A stretch of 64,000 nucleotides of DNA, taken from contig CBFGXL010000003.1 of NCBI GenBank assembly GCA_965652925.1, forward strand, positions 9-64,008, written 5' to 3'. The position numbers and the translations under genes were made by a program. Numbering within the stretch: position 1 is the stretch's first letter; the number at the start of each line of letters is the position of its first letter. Positions 18,990 through 28,374 of this stretch are shown piece by piece. Origin of the DNA: an uncultured bacterium (GTDB lineage Bacteria > Patescibacteriota > Minisyncoccia > Phycocordibacterales > UBA918). The notes under the pieces were generated by a model, which saw only the letters and a list, made by a program, of their open reading frames with translations, was not told where the DNA came from and did no database searches.

Positions 18990-20039
18990 ATGCTCGGTTC
19001 AATTTCTATTCAGCATCGCGTCGATTTTGCCAAAAACTTGGCAATTATGCTTCGTAGCGGTATAGCCATCAATGATGCGCTTACTTCATTGGGAGAGCAG
19101 AGTGAATCTTCGCGCCTGCGCAGGATTATTTTTAAGGTTCGTGACGATATCGAAAATGGGACATCGCTGTCTGCCGCCTTCGCGAAGGAGGTGCATGTTT
19201 TTGGGCAGATATTTGTCAGTATGATCAAAGCCGGAGAGCAGAGCGGTACGCTGCAAGGGAATCTGCAATTCCTCTCAGACTGGCTTTCACGGAGTGCAGA
19301 TCTCAAACGTGAGGTTTCAGCAGCGACACTGTATCCAAAAATGGTCTTTGGCGCGTCGGTTGTCCTTGGTGGGGGGCTTGCGGTATTCATACTTCCCATG
19401 CTTGTGCCACTGTTTACCGGTCTTGATGTGGAGCTTCCACTGCTTACACGAGTATTGCTTGCCTTGTCTTTGTTTGTGCAGGAATACTGGTTCTGGTGCA
19501 TTGTCGGCACAATTGCCGCGATCGCTGCGCTCATTTACAGCAATACCTTTGCGCCGGTGAAATTCCTCTTTCATCTTTTATATATTCGTATGCCGTTCCT
19601 TGGGAAACTCATGCGCCAGTATCAGCTCGCACTTATCACACAGTTGTTTGCAACACTGCTCAAAAGTGGCTTATCGCTCAATGAGTCTGTTGAGATCGTC
19701 TCTCAAGCAGCAACGAATGTGCATTATCAAAATGCGCTCCGTGAGGTCAAGTCTGCAACTGAAAAAGGGACGACGTTGTCAGAGACCATGCGTGACTTCC
19801 CACAGATGTTTCCGGTGATCGCTGTTAATATCATTGCCATTGGCGAAAAAAGTGGAACGCTATCGAATTCACTCGATTATCTTTCGGATTTTTATACCAA
19901 AGAGGTGAATGTGCAGGCACGCAAACTGCCGACCATCATTGAGCCGCTGTTGCTTATTTTTATTGCGGTTATCGTCGGTTTTGTTGCGCTTGCGATCATC
20001 ATGCCAATCTATGAGCTTACCGGAAATATCTCACGTTAA
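18990..20039 (+). CDS. pilC: type IV pilus platform protein (PilC/GspF)
   Basis: duplicated T2SSF domains (AGEQSGTL, IGEKSGTL), IIEPLL, IMPIY. Confidence 0.92.
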   Translation: MLGSISIQHRVDFAKNLAIMLRSGIAINDALTSLGEQSESSRLRRIIFKVRDDIENGTSLSAAFAKEVHVFGQIFVSMIKAGEQSGTLQGNLQFLSDWLSRSADLKREVSAATLYPKMVFGASVVLGGGLAVFILPMLVPLFTGLDVELPLLTRVLLALSLFVQEYWFWCIVGTIAAIAALIYSNTFAPVKFLFHLLYIRMPFLGKLMRQYQLALITQLFATLLKSGLSLNESVEIVSQAATNVHYQNALREVKSATEKGTTLSETMRDFPQMFPVIAVNIIAIGEKSGTLSNSLDYLSDFYTKEVNVQARKLPTIIEPLLLIFIAVIVGFVALAIIMPIYELTGNISR

Positions 20040-20460
20040 AGGATTCACACTCGCCGAACTTCTTGTGGTTGTTGCGCTTATGCTTGTTGTGGGCATGTTC
20101 ATGTTTCCGCTTGGAATACAGTTCTACCGTTCACAGATGCTCAATGAAAGTTCTGAGGGTATTTCTTCGGCATTGCGTCGCGCTCAGCATCTATCTCGAA
20201 CAGGTGCATATGACAGTACCTTCGGCGTGCGTGTGATTGATGGCGGCTACGTGCTCTTTTCTGGCGAGACCTATGATTCAAGAGATGTCACCCAAGATGA
20301 ATCACATTCGCTCCCCGCAACTATAAGCATCACTGGGTTGCAGGAGGTGTCATTTGAACTGTTTACCGGCAATCCCTCAGCAACCGGCACCCTTACTGTG
20401 CAGACAGATACCGCTGAAGCCTCAGTGACTGTTCAGGATTCAGGCTTTATTGTGCAATAA
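20011..20460 (+). CDS. minor pilin (FimT/GspH-like)
   Basis: class III signal KG|FTLAELLVVV; start moved to ATG 20011. Confidence 0.82.
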   Translation: MSLPEISHVKGFTLAELLVVVALMLVVGMFMFPLGIQFYRSQMLNESSEGISSALRRAQHLSRTGAYDSTFGVRVIDGGYVLFSGETYDSRDVTQDESHSLPATISITGLQEVSFELFTGNPSATGTLTVQTDTAEASVTVQDSGFIVQ

Positions 20461-20466
20461 ATAGTT

Positions 20467-21261
20467 ATGCTTTATGAACGCCACAACCGCGGACAGTCAC
20501 TTATAGAAATGCTTTTTGCCGTTGCAGTCTTCACCATTGGGGTGGTGACCATTGGGTATCTCGTCTTTGATTCTTTTACTTCATTACGCTTCGGGAAAGA
20601 AACGATGCAGGCACGCCTTCTGGCGAGTGAGGGTCTTGAAGCGGTGCGCACGATCTATGAAGATGATTTTGCGCTGCTTGAGAGTGGGACGTATGGACTT
20701 GCACTCCAAAATGGTGTTTGGGAATTTTCGTCCTCAACAGAGGAGATCGGTATTTTTACACGCACAATTGTTATCACAGAAAGAGATCAAGAAATGAGAG
20801 ATGTTACAGCAACGGTTGCATGGGGAGAGGCCCCACGAGAAAAAAGTTTTGCACTGTCAACTATATTTACCAACTGGGAACAAGAAAGCGAAGACGCGGC
20901 CTTTCTTGAAGTTGATATAAACAATGCTTCTCTTATTTCCTCAAGCACTGTGCTTACAGGGGTAGCTTTGCGCAATACAGGAGCAGAAGATGTCATTGTT
21001 ACACAAATGAAAGCACAATGGGGAAATGAGGAGACTTTTTCAGACATAGTCATCAGAGGAACAACCGTCATGTCTGCCTCAACCTCTCCTGCAGCGGTTT
21101 CAGATGAGACCGTAAATATCACTGACTATGTGGTAGGTTCGGGCACAGGGTATCATTTGATCGACAGCATGGTCTTCAGTGGCGACATGTCGGAGACTAA
21201 TCTTCTTCTGACATTTATACTCGCTGACGGCAGTAAAAAACACGCATTTGTCGTATGGTAA
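20467..21261 (+). CDS. minor pilin (PilV-like) with C-terminal extension
   Basis: RG|QSLIEMLFAV, LASEGLEAVR, FTRTI. Confidence 0.8.
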   Translation: MLYERHNRGQSLIEMLFAVAVFTIGVVTIGYLVFDSFTSLRFGKETMQARLLASEGLEAVRTIYEDDFALLESGTYGLALQNGVWEFSSSTEEIGIFTRTIVITERDQEMRDVTATVAWGEAPREKSFALSTIFTNWEQESEDAAFLEVDINNASLISSSTVLTGVALRNTGAEDVIVTQMKAQWGNEETFSDIVIRGTTVMSASTSPAAVSDETVNITDYVVGSGTGYHLIDSMVFSGDMSETNLLLTFILADGSKKHAFVVW

Positions 21262-21776
21262 GTTTCATGCACAGAGTACCTCAAAAAAAAGGATTTACGC
21301 TTATTGAGTTTCTGCTCTATATTGCGCTTTCATCCTTGATGATTATTGTGCTCGGCGGTATCGGTATGCATGTTCTTGCTAGCCGCGCGAAGGCACATGC
21401 ACAGGTGGAACTCCAATACAGTGCGGAATTTGCTATGGAAGAATTAGCTTCGCTTGTCGCTGCTTCCGAGTTAATAAATGACCCTGCTGTGGGAAACGAA
21501 GGGGAAAGTCTTACACTTTCTTTTGCAGAAACGGCACTTGATCCAACAATCGTATATGTGGAGAATTCTCGTTTGTATGTACAACAAGGTGCTTCAGACC
21601 CAGTGCCCCTTATCGATGGATCGGTCTTTGTTGCAGCGCATACGTTTACAAACGTTACTCGCACAGACGGCGCTGGCGCAGTGAGACTATTCCTGCAGCT
21701 TGAAACTTCTGGTGAAGGTGACAGAAATGCAGAATTCGGCAGTTCAACGTTTTATACGACGTTTAGTATAGAATAA
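21255..21776 (+). CDS. minor pilin (PilW/GspJ-like)
   Basis: KKG|FTLIEFLLYIAL. Confidence 0.82.
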   Translation: MVSFMHRVPQKKGFTLIEFLLYIALSSLMIIVLGGIGMHVLASRAKAHAQVELQYSAEFAMEELASLVAASELINDPAVGNEGESLTLSFAETALDPTIVYVENSRLYVQQGASDPVPLIDGSVFVAAHTFTNVTRTDGAGAVRLFLQLETSGEGDRNAEFGSSTFYTTFSIE

Positions 21777-21781
21777 ATACC

Positions 21782-22177
21782 ATGGGCAATATTCGCGGAT
21801 TCATAGCACTTACATCGGTATTGATACTCTCTGCAATTTTCCTATCCATCACTATAAGTATTGCTTCGCGAGCAATATCATCTTCATCAATACAGATCGC
21901 ATTCCAAGAACGCGACAATGCAAAATATAATGCAGAAGGCTGTCTGTCTTACGCACTAATGGAATTGCAACGGACCTTCGAATATGTGGGTGATGAGGGT
22001 ATACTGGTGGGCAACGGTACCTGCAATATTCTGTCTCTGTCAGAGGATGCTACCCAGCCTCGGACTGTACAGGTAGAAAGTACTGTGGGGAATCATACAT
22101 ACCGGCTAGAGGCAGATATTGCTGAAGTGGCACCACAGGTATATGTCACTTCAATTGAACGGGTTGAGACTTTTTAA
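21782..22177 (+). CDS. minor pilin (PilX/GspK-like)
   Basis: RG|FIALTSVLIL without Glu5, AKYNAEGC motif. Confidence 0.75.
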   Translation: MGNIRGFIALTSVLILSAIFLSITISIASRAISSSSIQIAFQERDNAKYNAEGCLSYALMELQRTFEYVGDEGILVGNGTCNILSLSEDATQPRTVQVESTVGNHTYRLEADIAEVAPQVYVTSIERVETF

Positions 22178-22178
22178 T

Positions 22179-23474
22179 ATGAAACATACACGGTTGATCG
22201 GAGTAGATATAAGCGACGCATCACTGAAGGTTCTTCAGCTGAGCAATGATGGAGTCATACTTGCATATGGTACTGCCTTGGTTCCTTCAGGGGTGATTGA
22301 GAACGGACGTATCGTCAATAAAGAAGCATTCGCAGCAGCGCTGAAGGGCTTGCTTCAACAGACCAAACCAAATGTGTTGCTCGATGGAAACAGTATTATC
22401 CGCACCGTCTTGTGTCTGCCGGAGTCAAAGCTGTTTACGCATTCACTTGTGATACCTGAAGGAACAAAAAGAAATGACATGCGCAGAGTGGTTGAAGAAG
22501 AGGCACGGAAGATCATTCCATATGAATTAGAACGGATGTACTGGGATTTCCACACTGCAGTCAAACTCGGGAAGACCTTCGCTACCTTTGTGGGAGTGGC
22601 AAAGTCTGATCTTGATAACTTTGTTGAAGCTTTCAGTTCTGCCCATGCACAGCCTGCGTTTATTGGAGGCGAATTGTTTGCGCTCGGACACGCTCTTCTC
22701 GAGGATCAGTTCAAAGGAAATTGCATCGTTGTTGATATGGGTCAGCACAGTACAACCATTGGTTTGTTTGCAGCAGATGTGATGCCAGACATGTCGGTGG
22801 TAGTCCCGTGTGCCGGAGATTCATTTACCCAGGCGATTGCAACAAAACTCGGTGTGGGTATGGAGGAAGCGGAGAAACAGAAGCGTATGTACGGGGTGCT
22901 CAGTGCACATGAGAAAACTGGCGTACCTGGTGAGCTGCGCACTTGCCTCAAGCAGATTACCGATGAGGTCAAGGCTATGAAATCCTTTTTTGAAAAACGA
23001 TATGAATTGTCAATTGATCATATCGTCCTTTCGGGAGGTTCGGCCCTTCTGCCGGGAATTGTGGAGCTGATGCAGGAAGAGACAGGGATTGCGTCGTACT
23101 TGGCTGATCCGTTAGTGAAAGTCAAAGGCCATGAAGTACTCGGTTCAGGAACCCCAGGCATTCTTTTTGCAAATGTCATTGGTCTGGCGCTCTATGCAAA
23201 GCAAAAACGAAGAGGCGACATCAACCTTCTTGGAAATTACCGGTATGAAGAAGGGGAAGCAAAAAAGGAACTGCCAAGCATTCAGGATATTCGATCCTTG
23301 GGTGATTTGTACTATTTTTTGTATAGCAATATCCAGAATATCAGGAATTTTCTCGATGATCGGAGTGATTCATTTAAAAAAAAGGTCACTATACCTGTTC
23401 AGCTCATACTGAGTCTGCTGTTTCTTGCAGCAACGCTCGTATTTCTTGGTTGGGTTATGCTCACTTACATGTAA
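22179..23474 (+). CDS. pilM: type IV pilus assembly protein PilM with C-terminal INLL motif and TM helix
   Basis: IGVDISDASLK, VDMGQHST, AEKQKR, IVLSGGSALLPG, IGLAL (actin-like fold). Confidence 0.85.
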   Translation: MKHTRLIGVDISDASLKVLQLSNDGVILAYGTALVPSGVIENGRIVNKEAFAAALKGLLQQTKPNVLLDGNSIIRTVLCLPESKLFTHSLVIPEGTKRNDMRRVVEEEARKIIPYELERMYWDFHTAVKLGKTFATFVGVAKSDLDNFVEAFSSAHAQPAFIGGELFALGHALLEDQFKGNCIVVDMGQHSTTIGLFAADVMPDMSVVVPCAGDSFTQAIATKLGVGMEEAEKQKRMYGVLSAHEKTGVPGELRTCLKQITDEVKAMKSFFEKRYELSIDHIVLSGGSALLPGIVELMQEETGIASYLADPLVKVKGHEVLGSGTPGILFANVIGLALYAKQKRRGDINLLGNYRYEEGEAKKELPSIQDIRSLGDLYYFLYSNIQNIRNFLDDRSDSFKKKVTIPVQLILSLLFLAATLVFLGWVMLTYM

Positions 23475-23479
23475 AATAT

Positions 23480-23944
23480 ATGCATATGCCAATATCCACA
23501 CACAGAGGGTTTACACTTATTGAAGTGCTTTTGGTGATCGCTATTTTGGCAATACTTGCGGCTATCGTTATCATTGCCATTAATCCTGCAAAACAGTTTG
23601 CGAGCGCACGTGATGCGCAGCGCCAGAGCGACGTTTATTCTATTATGAATGCGCTTCATCAGTACGCGCTCGATAATGAAGGAGCATTTCCTGATGCCCT
23701 TACTACTGAGGAACTTGAGATTTGTCGAACTGACAGTGAGTCGTGCACAGACCTGTATGATCTCTCAGAACTTACTGATGGTCAGATCTATCTGGTTTCG
23801 ATGCCACTTGACCCGCAATGTCCATCTTCAAGCGCCAACTGTGCGGAGAACGGCACGGGGTATTTTGTCGGCCTTACAGACGGAGGCCGTGTAACGGTCA
23901 GCGCGTACGGCGCCGAGGATGGGGATATAAGTATTACTCGCTAA
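23480..23944 (+). CDS. major-type type IV pilin
   Basis: RG|FTLIEVLLVIAILAILAAIVIIAINPAKQF, ARDAQRQSD, MPLDP. Confidence 0.9.
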   Translation: MHMPISTHRGFTLIEVLLVIAILAILAAIVIIAINPAKQFASARDAQRQSDVYSIMNALHQYALDNEGAFPDALTTEELEICRTDSESCTDLYDLSELTDGQIYLVSMPLDPQCPSSSANCAENGTGYFVGLTDGGRVTVSAYGAEDGDISITR

Positions 23945-24103
23945 ATAAGGGGATAATGCTCATTGCCTCAGGTCGCGGGAGCTTATATACTTCAATAGTT
24001 ACTTTTTACTCGAAATGTACATGACTACACCTCGTGCGTTTTTAGCCCGCAGATCATCAGGATTTACACTTATTGAAGTGCTTTTGGTGATCGCTATTTT
24101 GGC
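23510..24103 (+). repeat. 41-bp identical direct repeat shared by the two pilin 5' ends (23510-23550 and 24063-24103)
   Basis: tttacacttattgaagtgcttttggtgatcgctattttggc present twice. Confidence 0.85.
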
Positions 24104-24503
24104 CATTCTAGCTGCTGTGGTTATTGTTGCTATAAATCCGGCAAAACAATTCGGAGAAGCTCAGAATGCACAGCGAAGAAGCGATGTCCGTTCAATACTT
24201 GATGCGGTGCACCAATACAGTATTGATAACTATGGATCACTGCCATCTGAGGAGATCCCATCTGGTAGCACTTGTTCTGTTGACGGAGCAGAAATATGCA
24301 TCGCCAACATTAGCTGTGCCGGGGTCAGTCTTGATGAACTAGTCAATGATGAGATTTATCTCACCAGCATTCCGACGGACCCGTCAGGGGCAACCGATGA
24401 AGGAACTGGTTATTACATCATGGAGAATGGAAGTGGGCGGGTCTCAGTATGTGCTTCAGCTTCCTCAACGTACGGAAATATTGATATAAGCGTAACACGT
24501 TGA
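24015..24503 (+). CDS. major-type type IV pilin (paralog)
   Basis: SG|FTLIEVLLVIAILAILAAVVIVAINPAKQF, AQNAQRRSD, IPTDP. Confidence 0.9.
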   Translation: MYMTTPRAFLARRSSGFTLIEVLLVIAILAILAAVVIVAINPAKQFGEAQNAQRRSDVRSILDAVHQYSIDNYGSLPSEEIPSGSTCSVDGAEICIANISCAGVSLDELVNDEIYLTSIPTDPSGATDEGTGYYIMENGSGRVSVCASASSTYGNIDISVTR

Positions 24504-24511
24504 TACAGGGC

Positions 24512-24892
24512 ATGATCGGCAATGTGCTAGCAAAAATACTTTCACTTGCTCTTGTTATTACAGCCTGCATGCTGGTTCTTTCTTTTAGTGTGCACTCACT
24601 TCAAGTAGAACACATACATCCAGGCGGAGATGCTCATACTCAGGGGAAGGTTGAGGTACTTGGGGAATACATGCACGTAGCAGAGAAAAAGTTATTTTTC
24701 TATACGATTTTGGGCTTCTTGCTTTTTGGAACGTTTTTACTTACTGATACAAAGAGCAATGCGAAGGCAATGTTACATTTTATAACGCTTCATGTCTTCA
24801 AATATAGATTCCTTGTTTTTGTTGGCTTGCGACTCTTCAGTTACTTCCGTCTTCTCCTCATGCGTGGCATTTTGAATCCAAAACTATTTTAA
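24512..24892 (+). CDS. hypothetical membrane protein with His-rich loop; possible metal-responsive leader
   Basis: TM, HSLQVEHIHPGGDAH...MH, TM, ends RGILNPKLF; first gene of the copper cluster. Confidence 0.55.
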   Translation: MIGNVLAKILSLALVITACMLVLSFSVHSLQVEHIHPGGDAHTQGKVEVLGEYMHVAEKKLFFYTILGFLLFGTFLLTDTKSNAKAMLHFITLHVFKYRFLVFVGLRLFSYFRLLLMRGILNPKLF

Positions 24893-24955
24893 CGTTACAA
24901 AACTCTCCACAGAAAGAAGTTTCTTTATAATCGTTAAAATAATTCAATTAAATAT

Positions 24956-25561
24956 ATGCCTACCACACTTACCTTACGTGTTTTAACTGTAACTTTACTC
25001 TTGTCTTTTGCTTTTCTCGTGACTGTACCTTTAGTTTTTGCTGACCATGGTGATACTGAAGAGTCTGTAAGTCATGCGACAACAGCTCACGATCATGACG
25101 AAGATGAGACAGAGGATAGTGATCCAAAGCTTGTTGCAATGAAGGCTCAGCTTGAAGTCCTCCGTCAGGTCGTCGCACAGCTTGTTGCAGCTGCGCAAGG
25201 TAACAGCTCAGTCGAAGCTGAACATTCCCATGATGAGTTGTACGAAATGGATGAAAATATCCCTACACTTGAGATAGAAATCATTCCCGGTAAAGTTGGC
25301 TATGCGGTGCACGCAGAGACTACAAACTTCACTTTTTCTCCCGAACATGCGGATGGAACTCATGTAGATAATGAGGGTCATGCGCATATTTATCTCGATG
25401 ACGTTAAGATCAGCCGAATGTATGGACCTTGGTTTTATCTCGGAGAGATAAAAGAAAAAGGAGCTCATACAGTGCGTGTAGAACTTTCGACCAATGACCA
25501 CCATGCGTATGGCCATGATGGAGAGAAGATAGATGATTCAGTTGTAATTGAAGTAAAATAA
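24956..25561 (+). CDS. secreted His-rich putative metal-binding protein
   Basis: signal peptide, HDHDED, HSHD, EGHAHIYLD, HTVRVELSTNDHH. Confidence 0.7.
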   Translation: MPTTLTLRVLTVTLLLSFAFLVTVPLVFADHGDTEESVSHATTAHDHDEDETEDSDPKLVAMKAQLEVLRQVVAQLVAAAQGNSSVEAEHSHDELYEMDENIPTLEIEIIPGKVGYAVHAETTNFTFSPEHADGTHVDNEGHAHIYLDDVKISRMYGPWFYLGEIKEKGAHTVRVELSTNDHHAYGHDGEKIDDSVVIEVK

Positions 25562-25562
25562 T

Positions 25563-26240
25563 ATGCAAGTAGTTTTCTTGAGAACCGTACCCGTTATTCT
25601 CCTGTTATTGTTGCTGTTGCCGATGTATGCGTCTGCACATGAGACTCGGATGTACGATATCAACGGTGTGGAGTATGAGTTTGTTGTTGGCTCACTTAAT
25701 GAGCCGGTTATTGTTGATGATAAAACGGGTGTGTCTGTTGAAATTGTGCGTGATGGAGCTTTTCTTGTTGGTGCGCAGGACATGCTTCAGGTTGAAATGA
25801 TAGCAGGCGATAAAAGCAAAGTAGTAAGTCTCAGCCCAGTGTACGGATACGAAGGACAATATAAGTCAAATTTCATTGCAACAGTTCCAACTACGCTTAC
25901 GTATCGAGTATTCGGAACTCTTGAGAACACTCCTGTTGATCTTTCGTTCACTTGCAACCCTGCCGGCCATCCGCAATCTGAAGAAGACACAAGCCGTACA
26001 GAAATAAGTGATAATGTCTTCCAGACACTCAAGCGCGGTTCATTTGGCTGCCCACAACCTAAAGAAGCGTACGGATTCCCTGAAGAAACACCAAGTTCAT
26101 TCGAGATACAACAGGCAGTTGCACAAACAGCACAAGATCAAAGCGAAACAAAAACAGACGAATTTCCGTTTACCACACTAGCGGTACTACTCTCTGTGTT
26201 GGCCTGCACGATCTCAGTGTTCACTCTCCGCAAAAAATAA
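25563..26240 (+). CDS. exported hypothetical protein with C-terminal membrane anchor (copper cluster)
   Basis: signal peptide ASA|HE giving an N-terminal His, VGSLNEP, C-terminal TM + RKK. Confidence 0.65.
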   Translation: MQVVFLRTVPVILLLLLLLPMYASAHETRMYDINGVEYEFVVGSLNEPVIVDDKTGVSVEIVRDGAFLVGAQDMLQVEMIAGDKSKVVSLSPVYGYEGQYKSNFIATVPTTLTYRVFGTLENTPVDLSFTCNPAGHPQSEEDTSRTEISDNVFQTLKRGSFGCPQPKEAYGFPEETPSSFEIQQAVAQTAQDQSETKTDEFPFTTLAVLLSVLACTISVFTLRKK

Positions 26241-26260
26241 CAGCATATAATCAAACAATT

Positions 26261-28354
26261 ATGTGGTTCAGAAAAGTAGGGGTATATGCCGCCGCAGTTA
26301 GCGTCGTTATGTTGCTGCCGATGTTTGCGTTTGCTCACGCAACGCCGGTTTCATATACTCCTGCTGCTTCTGCCACAGAATTGGAAACTCCTACATCGAT
26401 TTCAATACGCTTTACGGAGCGTATTGAGGTGGGTGCGAGCAGTTTGAAAGTATATGCACCAGATGGCACGGAGGTAAATGAAGGCAAAGGTACCCTTGAC
26501 CCTTCAGACGAGCGTGTCCTATCTGTGCCAGTGCGTGATGAAGGGGAAGGGGTGTACGCGGTGTCATGGCAGGTGGTGTCAGTAGATGATGGACACTTTA
26601 CCAAAGGCGCCTATTCGTTCCTCGTGGATGCAGCTGGAAAAGAGTACGAAGGGGGAGAGGGGGGAGTAGAGATATCATACAGCTCGAAAATGCCTGATGC
26701 AGTCTTTTCTTTCTTCAATCTTGTGGGTGAAAGTATCTTTATTGCGGTCTTAGTTTTTCTGTTCTTTTTAGTTCCGAGTGTACGCAAGAAGTTACCTGTA
26801 CTGAATGAAACCGCGCTTGATCTGAAGACACCGTTTCTCCACCTCCTGACATTCGGGTACCTCTTTTTTATAGCTGGAGGAGTTCTTGCGGTCTTCCGCA
26901 AAAGCGCAGAACTGGCTGCTTTGCAAAACATCCAGATGTTTGAGAGCATCATGGTCTATCTCGCTTCTTCGGTTGGGACCTATGCGCTCCTGAAGATACT
27001 TGCTGCCACAGCGTTCTTCTTGATCTTCGCACTAATTCTGAAAAAAAGAAGGCAACCAATTGGACGTGTGTACATTATTCTTCTGTGTGTATTGCTTGCT
27101 TCAATACTCTATGCGCAATCCTACATCAGCCATGCTGCTGCTTCTTTGTTCCTTCCAGAATTGAGTATTGCCGTTACACTTGTTCACCTCGTCGTTAAAG
27201 AATTTATCGTAGGAGCGATCATTTTGTTGTCGGTATTGTTCTTTATTTTGTACAAAAAGGGAGCACTTGCCGCGTTTTCTGCCTTGAGCTCACGTTTCGA
27301 CCTTTACTTTGCCGTTGCCCTGGGATGTGCAGTTGCATCAGGGGCATTCATCACGTGGCTTCACCTTAAACACGGGGCCAATCTTTTGGCAACCGAGTGG
27401 GGAGTGCGGTTTATTGCATTACTTGGCGCAACCATGTTATTTGGCGCATTGAGACTATTCCACCAGTTTATTGCCGTGCCAAAAATCGCACAGCCCTCCT
27501 TGCAGAAGGCGATGTTCTTCACTTTGCCGTTTGAAGTAGTCATTGCTTTGTGTGTCCTTTTCTTTTCCGGGTATATCTCACTTACGACCCCGCCATTTAC
27601 TGTAGAGCAATATGATTTTGCACAGGAGCAGATTTCGGAAGGTGTTCGGATTGCTGTACAGGTTCATCCGCATGAACACTCAGCAATGCTTATCTCGTTT
27701 GTTGAGGCTGAAACAGGGCAACCGTTTGATCCAAAGCATCTGACAGTAATAGCGCTCAACGAAGAAAAAGGTGTGGGTCCTAACCAGTTGGTTCTTGTTC
27801 AACGTTCTGAAGGCAGATACGTATTTCCACTCGCTGACCTGGCTCCTGCGGGCCGCTGGGAGATCGGAGTAAGCGCCGGGCAGACAGAAGGCTATGATGC
27901 ACACGCTGAGTTCACCTTTACGTACCCTCAAGATATTGTTTCGAGCAAAGGGTCTGATGAAGTGCGCTCTTTCGATACGTTTGGACGTGTTGTCTTTGCA
28001 GTAGGGCTGGCCATGCTCGTGTTCGCAGTTACGCTGTTCTGGTCTAGTAAAATGCGCTGGAAGCGTGTGGCCTCTGCAGCTATAGCGTCCGTGCCATGTG
28101 CACCAAAATGGGCAATCGTTTCATTCTCTCTATCCGCAGCTCTTGTTATCTTTGGCATATCGGCTTTGGAAATGAAAGGAATCAGTGCTTTCCAGTGGAA
28201 GTGTGTTGACGATGGGTTTGCCTGGCGCCAGGCGTTTCCTGCCCGAGACTTTGAAGCCACTGCACCTAATGCTGTCCTCGGTTGCACCGTTCACGATGGG
28301 CACTACCACTTTGCAGATGAGGAGGAATATGATTTCTTCATAAAAACTCAATAA
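26261..28354 (+). CDS. copper uptake/resistance protein, CopC-CopD fusion (YcnJ-like)
   Basis: AFA|HA CopC start, VSWQVVSVDDGHFTKG, CopD-like TMs with SHAA and HL, C-terminal YtkA-like domain. Confidence 0.85.
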   Translation: MWFRKVGVYAAAVSVVMLLPMFAFAHATPVSYTPAASATELETPTSISIRFTERIEVGASSLKVYAPDGTEVNEGKGTLDPSDERVLSVPVRDEGEGVYAVSWQVVSVDDGHFTKGAYSFLVDAAGKEYEGGEGGVEISYSSKMPDAVFSFFNLVGESIFIAVLVFLFFLVPSVRKKLPVLNETALDLKTPFLHLLTFGYLFFIAGGVLAVFRKSAELAALQNIQMFESIMVYLASSVGTYALLKILAATAFFLIFALILKKRRQPIGRVYIILLCVLLASILYAQSYISHAAASLFLPELSIAVTLVHLVVKEFIVGAIILLSVLFFILYKKGALAAFSALSSRFDLYFAVALGCAVASGAFITWLHLKHGANLLATEWGVRFIALLGATMLFGALRLFHQFIAVPKIAQPSLQKAMFFTLPFEVVIALCVLFFSGYISLTTPPFTVEQYDFAQEQISEGVRIAVQVHPHEHSAMLISFVEAETGQPFDPKHLTVIALNEEKGVGPNQLVLVQRSEGRYVFPLADLAPAGRWEIGVSAGQTEGYDAHAEFTFTYPQDIVSSKGSDEVRSFDTFGRVVFAVGLAMLVFAVTLFWSSKMRWKRVASAAIASVPCAPKWAIVSFSLSAALVIFGISALEMKGISAFQWKCVDDGFAWRQAFPARDFEATAPNAVLGCTVHDGHYHFADEEEYDFFIKTQ

Positions 28355-28374
28355 TAATAGGGTATTATAGTGAT

